Made by a program: the position numbers and the translations under genes. A DNA stretch of 64,000 nucleotides from the UHGV virus genome UHGV-0240317; one strand, 5' to 3'. The DNA comes from a virus. The notes beneath the pieces were generated by a model that worked only from the letters and a program-made list of their open reading frames with translations, was not told the origin of the DNA and made no database searches. Positions 48,003-57,928 of the stretch are shown in pieces. Numbering within the stretch: the first letter of the stretch is position 1; every line of letters starts with the position of its first letter.

Positions 48003-49115
48003 TTATTCACCTTTAGCGTCAGAACGAACATCTACCAGCAACTGAGGACGAGTACAGTATGGCAGCATGTAAGAGTGAGCTTCAAAGTCGATACCTTCGT
48101 CACGGTCTTTTTCGTATTCGAATACGTATAGTTCCTGACCAAGTGTATTCGCATAACCCATCTTAGGACATGGGCCATATGCCACTTCGAAGATGTTGTT
48201 TGCTTCACCCAGCATAGAAACGTTAGGGAAAGCATGTCCTACACCTACAGTTCCATCCTGAGTAACACCATCAATGCTAACCAGAGTGTGAACCTTACCA
48301 CGCTTGTCTTTGAACTTACCGTTGTACTGGACAAACTTAACACCACCGTAGTAGAAGGTGTTCATATGAGCCTGAACGCCGTCAGCACCACCAGTTCTCA
48401 GAGAACCAGTAATCTGTTGCCAAGCCAGTGGAGTCTGCTGTGCAAGATAAGCGTCACGAATCTTAGGATGCTTAACCAGTTTGCTGAAGAATACACGGTC
48501 AACAACTACGTGAATCTCTTCACCGTTGATTACAGTGCCAGTCTTAGCTTCGTCTTCCATGTGCATACGCAGTTCTTCAATAGCAGCGTCAATGTCAGCA
48601 TTAGGATTGTCGAGGTCGAAGTGAATAGTCTTCTTCTCAACGTCGAACTGCTTGTACAGGTCAGCGTACAGAGTACCACGAGCATCAACAACTTTACCCT
48701 TCAGAGCTTGCATAAACAGGAACTCACGAGTAATATCGAACTTGGTACGAATCTTCATCAGCTTCTTAGCACGTACTACAGCTTCAGTAGTCAGTTCGTT
48801 TGCAGTGCCTGGCTGACGTACACCCTGAATCTCATCAGGAGTAATGCTTTCAACTTCTTTGAAGTACATCATTGGGAAGCTGATTTGACGAACACGCTCA
48901 GGTGCGCTAGTCTCTGCTTTACGGCTATCACGGTCTACCGCATCAAGCAAGCTAACATCCCAATCAGTCAAGTCCATAAGGAAAGTAGTTTGGGTGATTG
49001 GTGCTGAACGGAACAGACCTAAGTTGGAAATATACCCATAAGTATTTGGGATAGACTGGACTTCACCAGTCAGGTCAGCAAGGTAAAATCTGCTTTTTTC
49101 AGAATTAGTCAACAT
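48003..49115 (-). CDS. major capsid protein
   Basis: 370 aa; follows protease/scaffold and decoration-like gene; ATG 49115. Confidence 0.6.
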   Translation of the reverse strand: MLTNSEKSRFYLADLTGEVQSIPNTYGYISNLGLFRSAPITQTTFLMDLTDWDVSLLDAVDRDSRKAETSAPERVRQISFPMMYFKEVESITPDEIQGVRQPGTANELTTEAVVRAKKLMKIRTKFDITREFLFMQALKGKVVDARGTLYADLYKQFDVEKKTIHFDLDNPNADIDAAIEELRMHMEDEAKTGTVINGEEIHVVVDRVFFSKLVKHPKIRDAYLAQQTPLAWQQITGSLRTGGADGVQAHMNTFYYGGVKFVQYNGKFKDKRGKVHTLVSIDGVTQDGTVGVGHAFPNVSMLGEANNIFEVAYGPCPKMGYANTLGQELYVFEYEKDRDEGIDFEAHSYMLPYCTRPQLLVDVRSDAKGE

Positions 49116-49148
49116 TGTAAAATTCTCCAGAATGTCTTATTATTGTTA

Positions 49149-49526
49149 TTACAGGCCAGTTGGTACGAAATCAATACCTTTAGCAGCCAGAGCTTTCTTG
49201 ACGTTCTCAGCGTTAACACCGGATTCAAGTTTAAGCATGTCTTTCAGTTCTGCATCACGGTGGATACCAACAACTTTCAACTGACCATGATAAGACAGTT
49301 GCAGGTCTGCATAAAAGTTAACGATACATACAGAGTCGGCCTGAGTCTCTTCTCCTGCTGCAACTTTAGTACCATCTGCTTTCAGAACTTCACCTACACG
49401 GTATTCTGTAGAAGCTTTTGGAGTGTACTCTTTACGAGAGTGGCCTGTTGGGGTAATCTGTTCCCAAAGAATGATATCATTCAGAGGTTCTCTGTTACCT
49501 AACTTAGTAAAACCTTGATATGCCAT
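49149..49526 (-). CDS. putative head decoration / minor capsid protein
   Basis: 125 aa between protease and capsid gene. Confidence 0.4.
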   Translation of the reverse strand: MAYQGFTKLGNREPLNDIILWEQITPTGHSRKEYTPKASTEYRVGEVLKADGTKVAAGEETQADSVCIVNFYADLQLSYHGQLKVVGIHRDAELKDMLKLESGVNAENVKKALAAKGIDFVPTGL

Positions 49527-49537
49527 TATTGTGTTCC

Positions 49538-50884
49538 TTATTTGATAAGAGATTTTAGAGCATTCTGGAGAGCCAGTTTGCGTTGTTCAGCGGTGTCTTC
49601 TGAAGCATTCTTAGCTGGTTCTTTTTCTTCTTCAACCAAATCAGCTTCGCCGTCATTACCCACTTCTTCCATAGCGTTGGAATGTTCAAGAACAGCACCA
49701 GCAGTTTCTTTCAGCTTGGTGATTTCTGATTCTTTTTCTTCCATTGCAGAAGCATGGGACGCGATAGTTTCATTAAGTTTCTGGTTAGCACCTTCCATAG
49801 CATTCATAAACAGAACACTCAGAGGGTTATCAAGACCAGCACCTAAAATAGTCGTTGCAGCTTCTTTTGCATCAAATCCAAAAGCTTCAGCAGAAGCAGA
49901 AATCTTATTAGTCAAATCTGACAAAGCAGCTTCCTGTTCTTTGGCTTTCATTTGAGCAACCTGAAGACGCAAAGCTTCTAGTTCTTGCTTTTCTTGTTCA
50001 GTCATTTCTTCACCTGAATTGTTAACGTTTAAACTTACAGGAGCCTCTTCAGAACCTTGTAAGTAATTTAAGAAATCATCTTGAGACATGATTGAGTTAA
50101 TTAAACCAAGTTCAAGAGCTTCCTGAGCAGAATAAACATTCGCCTCAGTATTCTTTACAGCTTCTTCAGAGAGATTACGAGATTCAGCTACAAAACCTGT
50201 AAAGGTTGCGTAGGTATCATTAATTCTCTTTTGAAGTCTTTCTTTGCTTTCTTCTGAGAGTGCTTGGAATGGTGAACCCATACCTTTAAACTCACCAGCT
50301 TTGATGACGTTAATTGTTACGCCATTCTTTTCAAATGCCTTAGTTAATTCCTGATGAACCATGATTACACCGATAGAACCAACATCTGCATCTGGTGATG
50401 CAATAATTTCTTCAGCAGAAGATGCAAGAGCATATGCAGCGGAACAAGCGAACTCATCTACATAAGCAATAATTTTCTTTTGGCCTCTTGAAGCCATAAT
50501 GTGACGTGCTAATTCAAAGCAACCTGAAGCTTCACCACCACCAGAATCAATATGCAGAACAATAGTCTTGATTGACTCATCTGCTAAAGCTTCGTCAAAG
50601 CCTCTACGCAAACCTTCATAAGAGCTTAATCCACCTGTACACATTGCATCAATGAATGTCATACGATGGGTTAAACCACCCATAATAGGGATAATAGCAA
50701 CGTCATCTTTTACTTTTAAAAGACTTCTTGCTTCACCTTTGGGTTTATCAAAGTTTACTGCTGCTTGGACATCACCCAGCAATCTGTTATTCACATAAGT
50801 TGCTGCTGAGTGAGCTAATGATTCAGTGGCTAGTAAAGGTTGGTTGAATAATCTATCAGCAAGTCTGAAGATATTCGAACTCAT
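49538..50884 (-). CDS. prohead protease (S49/ClpP-like) fused to scaffold-like coiled-coil C-terminus
   Basis: IVLHIDSGGGEASG...YVDEFACSAAYALASSA...DADVGSIGVI peptidase core; C-terminal E/A/K-rich coiled coil. Confidence 0.6.
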   Translation of the reverse strand: MSSNIFRLADRLFNQPLLATESLAHSAATYVNNRLLGDVQAAVNFDKPKGEARSLLKVKDDVAIIPIMGGLTHRMTFIDAMCTGGLSSYEGLRRGFDEALADESIKTIVLHIDSGGGEASGCFELARHIMASRGQKKIIAYVDEFACSAAYALASSAEEIIASPDADVGSIGVIMVHQELTKAFEKNGVTINVIKAGEFKGMGSPFQALSEESKERLQKRINDTYATFTGFVAESRNLSEEAVKNTEANVYSAQEALELGLINSIMSQDDFLNYLQGSEEAPVSLNVNNSGEEMTEQEKQELEALRLQVAQMKAKEQEAALSDLTNKISASAEAFGFDAKEAATTILGAGLDNPLSVLFMNAMEGANQKLNETIASHASAMEEKESEITKLKETAGAVLEHSNAMEEVGNDGEADLVEEEKEPAKNASEDTAEQRKLALQNALKSLIK

Positions 50885-50895
50885 TTTTACTCACC

Positions 50896-51228
50896 CTATT
50901 TGTTTAAATCTACAGAGACTGAAGAGATAACATAGATACCTTCTTCAGCAAAGAATTGAGGTTTGCTAAGAGCGCCAGTTGCCACGCATTTATTGTTAGC
51001 ATCCCACAAGCTATAGTGTGAGACCGTTGCAGAAGCTGGGACAGTAATATTAACTGTGTCTTCTGAGGCAATTAAGCCATTATCCGGTTCAGAAAAATAA
51101 ATAGCCACTGGCTGAGTAACCTTATTTGCTGTAGGGTCTGCCGTTGGGTCTACATTGTGTAAAATAATAGTCGTTGGGGTTAGCGTGGCGAGGATTTTAT
51201 TCTTACCATCAATAGTTAATGTTCCCAT
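50896..51228 (-). CDS. hypothetical head protein
   Basis: 110-aa ORF. Confidence 0.35.
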   Translation of the reverse strand: MGTLTIDGKNKILATLTPTTIILHNVDPTADPTANKVTQPVAIYFSEPDNGLIASEDTVNITVPASATVSHYSLWDANNKCVATGALSKPQFFAEEGIYVISSVSVDLNK

Positions 51229-51728
51229 TAATTAAACCTTACTTTTTGTTTAAGGACTGTTGAATGGTTACCAGATTCATCTACCACATTTACAATCATA
51301 TCATATACTTTACCTTTGACAAGTACTTTGTAATCATTTTGTGAAAAAATGTATTCAAGTCTGTTTGTTTCTTTATTAACTGTCATTGGAGATTGAAATG
51401 CAGTGTCGAGGGTAATGAAAGCGGCTTCAATGCTATTAACATTGATACGTTTATTCTCGCAGTTATATAACTTTACACCCAAAAGGCATGAACTGTCAAA
51501 TGGAATTTTAACAATTTCACTACAATTTCCTAAAATAAACGGTTTTCCACTCATTGGTGCATCAAGTAACCTGCAAATAGTGAAAACGTCAGAGGTTCCA
51601 CCATCACTTACATAACCTGAAAGGCTGACCCTTGAGCCAGCCTCTACAGATAATTTGTCAGTGATAATAAGAACACCTCTATACGAATGCACTCGTGTAG
51701 CATTTGAAATAGAGATAACTTCAGCCAT
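51228..51728 (-). CDS. hypothetical head morphogenesis protein
   Basis: 166-aa ORF. Confidence 0.35.
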   Translation of the reverse strand: MAEVISISNATRVHSYRGVLIITDKLSVEAGSRVSLSGYVSDGGTSDVFTICRLLDAPMSGKPFILGNCSEIVKIPFDSSCLLGVKLYNCENKRINVNSIEAAFITLDTAFQSPMTVNKETNRLEYIFSQNDYKVLVKGKVYDMIVNVVDESGNHSTVLKQKVRFN

Positions 51729-53194
51729 TATTTATTTGCCTTATTTGCTGTGCTCGGGTCTTTCGCTGAAGGTGTCTTTGCAGTACCTTCTCCAGCGGTC
51801 TTATAACCATCTCCTGAGCGGCTTTGGCTATTTGGAGAAAGCTTTTCAGATACTGGCTGAGACTCATCAGCAGGAGGAAGACCAATATGCTCTCTAAGCT
51901 TGTTAGATAGCTCTTTGTCAACTTCCAAAGCACCTACTGCAACAGTCTTCTGGATATAAGAACCAATTACTTCAAGGTCTGGAGTTTCGATATCATCATA
52001 AGTGATTTGTACATGTTCTTCATCGTCCCACATATTAAGAGCATAAGTCTGTGCAACTAAATCACGGTTAATTACGTTCTTAATTTGCTTCAGCAGAATA
52101 TCTACCGACATCGCTAGTAGGCTTGTCTTAGAATCTGCAAGAGAGAATGAACCGTATTTTGACTGACCCATAGCAAGAACATCTGACATAAATGCCATCA
52201 TAATCTGCTTGGAATATCTGTCAATAATAGAACCTGTATCGTATGCTTTAGCACCCTGTCTAGAAACTAATGAGAACTCAAAAATATCCTCTTTAGTATC
52301 TGGGTCGATATATCTAGGCCAGATTAAACCTGCTCTATCATTAGCAATCATATCGTTAACAACAGTTTTGCAGTATTGTACGAAAGCTTTCTTTTCAGGT
52401 TCTGCATTTTCATCCAGATAATCTGGTGGTAAACCAATCTTTGGCATACCTACCAAGTCTCTTGAAACACCAACAGCTTCGTACTCTTCAATCTGGACTT
52501 TGTACTTCCACGGTACATAGGCATTAAGTAATGGTGAACGACCTTCTGGGTTTCCATATTCATCATCATACTTAAACAGCATGAATTTAGCTCGTGGAAG
52601 TTTTCTTGTTAGTGGTCTTTCTCCAAGATTAATTGCTCCAGCAATATGTGAAACATTTCTCAGATTCTGTCTAACACCAGTAACTTTTCTAAAGTCTTCG
52701 TCAAAATACCACTTATCAAGTGTTGATTGGTTTCTGATTGGTAATTTAGCCCATCCAATGAGACCATCATCAAATTTTGACTGGTACTTTCCTTTTTTAC
52801 CCTGTCGCTTCTTATAAACTTTCTCGTTAACACAGAACCCATAAGTGCAGAATGACATTACAGAGTTAATAAAATCTGCCCAATCATGCTCCATGTCGTC
52901 CATTAAAGAATTAAAGAAGTCTGCTCTTTCAAGCATTTTAGGGTCTTGCTCTTTTCCCTTTGGAGGTACAAATCTCCAGTTGACTTTTCTGACAAACATC
53001 TTAATAATATTTACAGATGCTGCTACAGCAGGGTCACGCATCATTAATTGGAAAGTTTTAATACTTTCAGGGAACCTTAGTGCCTGACGAGGTTCTTCAT
53101 AGATTCTTCCATTCTTAACCTTCAGACCCAAAGAACCTACTTCACCCATTCTAAATGGTGGTAAGCTTTCTTGTGTTTCTGTAATATCTGCCAT
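51728..53194 (-). CDS. portal protein
   Basis: 488 aa directly downstream of large terminase; acidic/basic C-terminal tail. Confidence 0.6.
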   Translation of the reverse strand: MADITETQESLPPFRMGEVGSLGLKVKNGRIYEEPRQALRFPESIKTFQLMMRDPAVAASVNIIKMFVRKVNWRFVPPKGKEQDPKMLERADFFNSLMDDMEHDWADFINSVMSFCTYGFCVNEKVYKKRQGKKGKYQSKFDDGLIGWAKLPIRNQSTLDKWYFDEDFRKVTGVRQNLRNVSHIAGAINLGERPLTRKLPRAKFMLFKYDDEYGNPEGRSPLLNAYVPWKYKVQIEEYEAVGVSRDLVGMPKIGLPPDYLDENAEPEKKAFVQYCKTVVNDMIANDRAGLIWPRYIDPDTKEDIFEFSLVSRQGAKAYDTGSIIDRYSKQIMMAFMSDVLAMGQSKYGSFSLADSKTSLLAMSVDILLKQIKNVINRDLVAQTYALNMWDDEEHVQITYDDIETPDLEVIGSYIQKTVAVGALEVDKELSNKLREHIGLPPADESQPVSEKLSPNSQSRSGDGYKTAGEGTAKTPSAKDPSTANKANK

Positions 53195-53211
53195 TCTTCT
53201 TCACCTAGCTA

Positions 53212-54813
53212 TCAACGTCTAAGCCCCTCATACGGGTTTCCTCTCACTAAGTCTGTGTGAGCACCCATTGATGGTGGCTTGAATAATTTAACTTCGTTAA
53301 GACTGTTGAAAGCATCACTGGTAGCATCCACTTGGTCATCTTTAGTTTTACCATCACCACAAAAGCCTTCAAGCTCTTGGAAGTAAGCTTCATTCCAACT
53401 ACCTCTCAAGACTTTTACAAGTCCAGCTTCAGAAGCAGCAGAAAACCCCGCAAATCGGGTAACTTTATCTTTATTTGTTGGTTTAGCTCTTGCACGATAG
53501 CCTTTCTCGGCAAGTTTCCTGATGAGGGATGTTGCATAGGATTTACCAGCAGCGCCTGGGTCTTGAGGGATAAAAATACCAGTTCGCTTACCGTCACTTT
53601 CAGCAGTCAAATTAATTTGTGTTTCGACTCCAGAGGGTCTATCTCTAAATCTTACTACATCAATGATATAATAGCAACCGTCTTTTTTAGATTTACCCAT
53701 CTTAACACCCGCTGTCCAGTCTGGGTTAGGGTTAATTTCAGATGGTAAAGTCGCTGCTAAGTCCCATGCTCTGACATCAAAAACATCTTCTGGTAGTGAA
53801 TCAACAATCTCACACCATTGTCTTTGCCAATAGTTTGAACCTTCTGCACGAGCCTTCCAGTTACCGAAACGAAGTCTTGCAACGTTTACAGGTGTGTTGT
53901 TTTCCAACTTACCACGATATTTAGGTTCTAAGAAGTCAAGAATTGGGTTATCATCAATCGTACCAGAGATGAAGGTGTATGTTTGAGGAATCTCAAGAGG
54001 GAACATTTCAAGAATCTTGTCTCTCTCCCAATCAGAAACCATCACACCATCGTTCATAACATACCAACGAATACGACCACACTTTTCAGGGTCTGGATAA
54101 CCTTCTTCATCTAAGAATGGCTCTACCCAATCGTAAATAAAGTGGTCTCTGTCTGGGTTCATGGAAATCTTCATGTATGAATCACCTTCAGCACCAGAAC
54201 GTAGACGGGTTTGTAGGTATGAAATCTGTGAAGCAGAGAAGTGTGTACCTTCGTCAAAGTAGATAGCTGAGTATTCAATACCCTGATGACCTTCAGCGTG
54301 CTTTTCAAGTTCTAGGTAGGTAAACTTGATAGTTGCCCCAGAAGGGAATGTGATAGTCATTTTCTGCTCGTGAGGAATCCCACCAAACTTACCAAATAGT
54401 TTCTTTGCAGCAGGCCATAAACCACCTTGTAACTGTGTTGTATTTCGACGGAAATATACAGCATTATAGTTAGGGTCTTCAATAAATCTTAAAGAGTCCA
54501 TTAACAATGCAGCAGTTTTACCAGCACCAGCAGCACCACCATATAAAACCAAGTCAGCATTAGTATTTAAAAACACCTCTTGAGAACCCGGTTGAGGGGC
54601 TACATAATTCTTATCAGTCATCAATTTGAAGATAAGTCTAACTTGGTCTGGTGTGTATCTTAATAAAGTCAGAATTTGAGTTGGAAGGAATTTAGAGGGG
54701 TCTTTACCGAATGATTTGATAATTTCTTTTACTTCATCAGAAAGCCCCAACTCTCCAGCTAGGACTTTCCTAACATCTTCCACTCGCTTCTGCTTAACAG
54801 CATTTAAGTCCAT
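53212..54813 (-). CDS. terminase large subunit
   Basis: Walker A LVLYGGAAGAGKTAAL; C-terminal nuclease-like acidic residues; ATG 54813 with GGAGGTG RBS (ORF-track start 54828 is an upstream TTG). Confidence 0.8.
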   Translation of the reverse strand: MDLNAVKQKRVEDVRKVLAGELGLSDEVKEIIKSFGKDPSKFLPTQILTLLRYTPDQVRLIFKLMTDKNYVAPQPGSQEVFLNTNADLVLYGGAAGAGKTAALLMDSLRFIEDPNYNAVYFRRNTTQLQGGLWPAAKKLFGKFGGIPHEQKMTITFPSGATIKFTYLELEKHAEGHQGIEYSAIYFDEGTHFSASQISYLQTRLRSGAEGDSYMKISMNPDRDHFIYDWVEPFLDEEGYPDPEKCGRIRWYVMNDGVMVSDWERDKILEMFPLEIPQTYTFISGTIDDNPILDFLEPKYRGKLENNTPVNVARLRFGNWKARAEGSNYWQRQWCEIVDSLPEDVFDVRAWDLAATLPSEINPNPDWTAGVKMGKSKKDGCYYIIDVVRFRDRPSGVETQINLTAESDGKRTGIFIPQDPGAAGKSYATSLIRKLAEKGYRARAKPTNKDKVTRFAGFSAASEAGLVKVLRGSWNEAYFQELEGFCGDGKTKDDQVDATSDAFNSLNEVKLFKPPSMGAHTDLVRGNPYEGLRR

Positions 54814-54834
54814 TAAGCACCTCCGCAAATAGAA

Positions 54835-55035
54835 TTATTCAGAGTCTGTAGCAGTCTCTTCTTTCTTAACTTCGAACTTTGCATCAACAGCATCAAGAAG
54901 TGCATCCATAGATGCCTCTTTAATATCAATACCTGTTGCTACAGATAATCTGTCTGCAATTGCCATGATAGTATTCTGCATAAATTCTAGCTTCTTGTTA
55001 GCTTCATAAAGTTCTTTATAAACGGTCTCGCTCAT
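54835..55035 (-). CDS. hypothetical protein
   Basis: 66-aa ORF upstream of terminase. Confidence 0.4.
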   Translation of the reverse strand: MSETVYKELYEANKKLEFMQNTIMAIADRLSVATGIDIKEASMDALLDAVDAKFEVKKEETATDSE

Positions 55036-55064
55036 TATGTTTTCTCCAAATAATTAACCATGTT

Positions 55065-55095
55065 TCCCCTTAAAAAAGACGGTACAGAGACCGTC
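55065..55095 (-). terminator. intrinsic terminator at downstream end of tRNA cluster
   Basis: GACGGT cucugua ACCGUC followed by UUUUUUAAGGGG on minus strand. Confidence 0.5.
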
Positions 55096-55259
55096 AAGGA
55101 GAAACCACAATGTACGTCAGAGACATACTGTATAAGCCTTCTTATAAAGTATAACTCTGTAAAAAAGCCCTGTCTAAAAATACTCTTCGGTAGCGAAAGG
55201 AAGAATACTTATAGCAGGGCATTATTATTATTTTAATTGAGAGAGAGAGTAAAATAACT

Positions 55260-55335
55260 TGGAGAATCCGAAGGGACTCGAACCCTTATAAGCCTGTTTT
55301 GCAGACAGGCACATAGCCATTTCTGTCACGGATTC
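55260..55335 (-). tRNA. tRNA-Cys (anticodon GCA)
   Basis: Acceptor GAATCCG/CGGATTC, T-arm GGGTTCGAGTCCC, anticodon loop CTGCAAA, encoded CCA. Confidence 0.75.
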
Positions 55336-55339
55336 AAAT

Positions 55340-55432
55340 TGGAGGAAGATACCAGACTTGAACTGGTACACCGATTTCTCAGCTACTGGCAGTTTAGCAA
55401 ACTGCTCCCTTACCTTTTAGGGTTAATCTTCC
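55340..55432 (-). tRNA. tRNA-Ser (anticodon GCT), class II
   Basis: 93 nt with long variable arm; anticodon loop TTGCTAA; T-arm ACCAGTTCAAGTCTGGT; CCA. Confidence 0.7.
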
Positions 55433-55433
55433 A

Positions 55434-56009
55434 TTATTTCTGTAATGCGTTCTTCATTTCTGGTGTTGCAATAGTGTCAATCACACCAGTTTTACAAGCA
55501 TCATCAAACCAGTCTGGTAAGATACCTGCTAAGAACCCATTGATATTCGTTTTAAGGTACTCTGCAATAAGGGCAGCTTCTTCTTCAATCATCTGCACAA
55601 CTTCATCTGCATAAGCTGTAATCTTTGAGATACCTTCATTAATCTTACTGACAGCTTGGTTAGCTAAATCAGAAACAGTATCAAGACCCTTATCAATAGC
55701 ATCTTGTAAGTCACTTAATACACCATTAACACTATCCAATGTACTGTTCATCATGTCAATAGCTTTTTGACCATACTCTGTAGCAACACCCATAATACCA
55801 CTGAATGGTGTACAACCAACTTGTTCTCCTGCTGCACCCATAACATTGGAGTATCCCTTTGCTACCTGCATACGTGATGAAAACTCATCAATAGACTTTT
55901 GACCGTAGTCTGTTAGGGTCTTAGTAGTTGCTGTAGTGCTTGTAAGGCTTGTTGTAAAGCTGTTTAGAAGGACTGTTGTAAGTCCAGCAGCAACAAGTTT
56001 CTCCTTCAT
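55434..56009 (-). CDS. hypothetical protein embedded in tRNA cluster
   Basis: 191-aa ORF, Ser/Thr/Ala-rich, helical. Confidence 0.4.
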   Translation of the reverse strand: MKEKLVAAGLTTVLLNSFTTSLTSTTATTKTLTDYGQKSIDEFSSRMQVAKGYSNVMGAAGEQVGCTPFSGIMGVATEYGQKAIDMMNSTLDSVNGVLSDLQDAIDKGLDTVSDLANQAVSKINEGISKITAYADEVVQMIEEEAALIAEYLKTNINGFLAGILPDWFDDACKTGVIDTIATPEMKNALQK

Positions 56010-56185
56010 TGTAGGGTCTGTTACAGAGCTAATAGAGCTTACAAGTGATGTAGAAGCAGCTACGGTTCCACCGAGAACTGCTGCACCAGTAATAAGTGGG
56101 TTAGAGAACCCTTTACCGGTTTTTTAAGAGATTAAAAATCTCCTTACCTTGTTCTGTCATCTCTTTCATTAAGCACCTTTGAAAT

Positions 56186-56261
56186 TGGTAGTCCAGTGGG
56201 ATTTGAACCCTCTTCTCATGTTTTTCAGACACGCGCTTTAACCATATAAGCTACTTGGACT
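56186..56261 (-). tRNA. tRNA-Phe (anticodon GAA)
   Basis: Anticodon loop CTGAAAA; T-arm GGGTTCAAATCCC; CCA. Confidence 0.7.
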
Positions 56262-56267
56262 ATAAAT

Positions 56268-56343
56268 TGGGGTGACCTACGGGATTTGAACCCGTATAGA
56301 CCATGTTCACAGCATGGGTCATTACCATTTATGATAAGGCCAC
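56268..56343 (-). tRNA. tRNA-His (anticodon GTG)
   Basis: Anticodon stem-loop CCATG-CTGTGAA-CATGG; T-arm CGGGTTCAAATCCCG. Confidence 0.7.
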
Positions 56344-56374
56344 ATTTAAGGACTCTCGCAAGAATCCTTAGAAG

Positions 56375-56450
56375 TGGCAGCGGCATAAGGATTTGAACCT
56401 TAATAGGACAGCTTCAGAGGCTGCTGCATTGCCAGTTATGCTATACCGCT
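56375..56450 (-). tRNA. tRNA-Gln (anticodon CTG)
   Basis: D-stem GCAT/ATGC, anticodon loop CTCTGAA, T-arm TAAGGTTCAAATCCTTA, CCA. Confidence 0.65.
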
Positions 56451-56455
56451 AAATT

Positions 56456-56534
56456 TGGTACTCCATATCGGATTCGAACCGATACATAACACAGATTTTA
56501 AGTCTGGCCTCTCTGCCAATTGGAGTAATGGAGC
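56456..56534 (-). tRNA. tRNA with anticodon TAA (Leu-type anticodon but class-I-like length)
   Basis: Anticodon loop CTTAAAA; T-arm ATCGGTTCGAATCCGAT; 7-nt variable region; isotype uncertain. Confidence 0.5.
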
Positions 56535-56536
56535 AT

Positions 56537-56611
56537 TGGCGGGGGATGTTGGAATTGAACCAACTTCTTCGATTTCAAAGACCGAGGTTTTAACCTTGTA
56601 AACTAATCCCC
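56537..56611 (-). tRNA. tRNA-Gln (anticodon TTG)
   Basis: Anticodon stem-loop TCGGT-CTTTGAA-ATCGA; T-arm GTTGGTTCAATTCCAAC; CCA. Confidence 0.6.
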
Positions 56612-56620
56612 TTTAAATCT

Positions 56621-57178
56621 TTACTTTCTCAGTGGATGAATAAAGAATGCCAACATAACTCTTTCCCTTGAGAATGCTCTTTCTTCTGGGACAACACTTT
56701 TTAGTTTCCATCCAATATAAATTCTCCAGTAAAACTGTTTACCAAAGACTTTAATTGATGGGATAAAAGCGAATAATCCCCAAGCATTACTGTTCCACAT
56801 TAGGAGATAACCTGTCTGATTATCTTCAGGGTCAGAACTTACGTTGATATTACCTTTCCACTTAGTAACATCTTTTACATCTCTTCCTAATACATGGTAA
56901 GAGAAGTTATAAGCTTTGTTTCTCCAGAGCCATCCGACTCTCTGCATGTAGACACCCAGCTTACCAATCTTTCTAATCTTAGCCCATCTTTTAACGTGGC
57001 CTTCATCACCATCAATCGGGTTGTCATAGGTCTCCATCCATCTGAATCCAAAAGGTAGATGCCCTTTCTTCTCACTGTAGAATGGAACTACGAAAGGTGC
57101 TAAGATGACTGCTAGGGTTGCTGCAAATGGTTCTAACAAAGCTAGGAAAATCCATGAAGCATATTTTAAATATCTCAT
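56621..57178 (-). CDS. hypothetical membrane protein embedded in tRNA cluster
   Basis: 185 aa; N-terminal TM segments IFLALLEPFAATLAVILAPFVV. Confidence 0.45.
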   Translation of the reverse strand: MRYLKYASWIFLALLEPFAATLAVILAPFVVPFYSEKKGHLPFGFRWMETYDNPIDGDEGHVKRWAKIRKIGKLGVYMQRVGWLWRNKAYNFSYHVLGRDVKDVTKWKGNINVSSDPEDNQTGYLLMWNSNAWGLFAFIPSIKVFGKQFYWRIYIGWKLKSVVPEERAFSRERVMLAFFIHPLRK

Positions 57179-57417
57179 CGTCTAATCCTTGTAAGGAGAT
57201 AAATGTTATTATTCGTTTCTAAACCTTCTGGTAAAACTGTCTCAAAAATAACACTCTTTAGCTGTCTACCACCAAAACAATCACGTATAAATCTTTCTAC
57301 TCTAGCGGGGTCACATAAGTACCCTACTTTTAAGAAAATGTGGTGTTCAACACCAATGACCCTGACAAACTCAATATTCTCACAGTTTTCATGTTCAACT
57401 ACTGTTAATGTTTGCAT
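57175..57417 (-). CDS. hypothetical protein
   Basis: 80-aa ORF. Confidence 0.4.
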   Translation of the reverse strand: MQTLTVVEHENCENIEFVRVIGVEHHIFLKVGYLCDPARVERFIRDCFGGRQLKSVIFETVLPEGLETNNNIYLLTRIRR

Positions 57418-57434
57418 AGTATCACCTTTTTATC

Positions 57435-57510
57435 TGGCGCAGGATAAGGGATTCGAACCCCTATTAACAGCTTCGTAGACTGTTGCTCTATCCATTTGAA
57501 CTAATCCTGC
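57435..57510 (-). tRNA. tRNA-Arg (anticodon ACG)
   Basis: Anticodon stem-loop ACAGT-CTACGAA-GCTGT; T-arm AGGGGTTCGAATCCCTT; CCA. Confidence 0.75.
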
Positions 57511-57515
57511 AAAAT

Positions 57516-57593
57516 TGGTGTTCCAAGACGGATTCGAACCGTCACTAATACAAGGTTTGAGCTTGCATCCTCTTCCAATTGGGATACTGGAAC
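57516..57593 (-). tRNA. tRNA with anticodon CAA (Leu-type anticodon but class-I-like length)
   Basis: Anticodon loop CTCAAAC; T-arm GACGGTTCGAATCCGTC; perfect acceptor stem; isotype uncertain. Confidence 0.5.
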
Positions 57594-57594
57594 A

Positions 57595-57669
57595 TGGTAC
57601 TCACTAAAGGACTTGAACCTTTTTCTTCATCTTGTAAGGGTGATGTTTTACCATATAAACTAAGCGAGT
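57595..57669 (-). tRNA. tRNA-Val (anticodon TAC)
   Basis: Anticodon loop CTTACAA; T-arm AAAGGTTCAAGTCCTTT; CCA. Confidence 0.65.
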
Positions 57670-57674
57670 GTGAA

Positions 57675-57760
57675 AGAGGTCTGAAGTTGTGCCGCTAACT
57701 CAACTCCGTGGAATTTGTTACGGTCTTCAGTTGACACCAGCGGTCTTTCACTTGACCTCT
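57675..57760 (-). ncRNA. structured non-tRNA element in tRNA cluster (7-bp closing stem AGAGGTC/GACCTCT, inner 6-bp stem CTGAAG/CTTCAG)
   Basis: No T-loop/CCA; contains GAAGACCGT box related to the repeated elements at 59928-60707. Confidence 0.3.
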
Positions 57761-57764
57761 GAAT

Positions 57765-57841
57765 TGGTGCTGCTCACAGGACTCGAACCTGCATTTCCAT
57801 CCTTACAAGGGATGTGTAATAGCCAATTATACGAAAGCAGC
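57765..57841 (-). tRNA. tRNA-Thr (anticodon TGT)
   Basis: Anticodon stem-loop CATCC-CTTGTAA-GGATG; T-arm GCAGGTTCGAGTCCTGT; CCA. Confidence 0.65.
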
Positions 57842-57847
57842 ATTGTT

Positions 57848-57922
57848 TGGAGCATCCAGAGGGAATCGAACCCTCAACCTCAGTTTGGAAGACTGTAATT
57901 TTCCCGTTTAAACTATGGATGC
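57848..57922 (-). tRNA. tRNA-Gly (anticodon TCC)
   Basis: Anticodon loop CTTCCAA; T-arm GAGGGTTCGATTCCCTC; CCA. Confidence 0.7.
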
Positions 57923-57928
57923 ACTAAT

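Noticed and set aside
48234-49007. 257-aa plus-strand ORF
   Set aside because: Lies entirely antisense within the major capsid gene, with low-complexity composition; likely spurious.
53332-53748. 138-aa plus-strand ORF
   Set aside because: Antisense to the large terminase gene.
55339-55614. 91-aa plus-strand ORF
   Set aside because: Overlaps the tRNA-Ser gene and the minus-strand CDS 55434-56009; no RBS.
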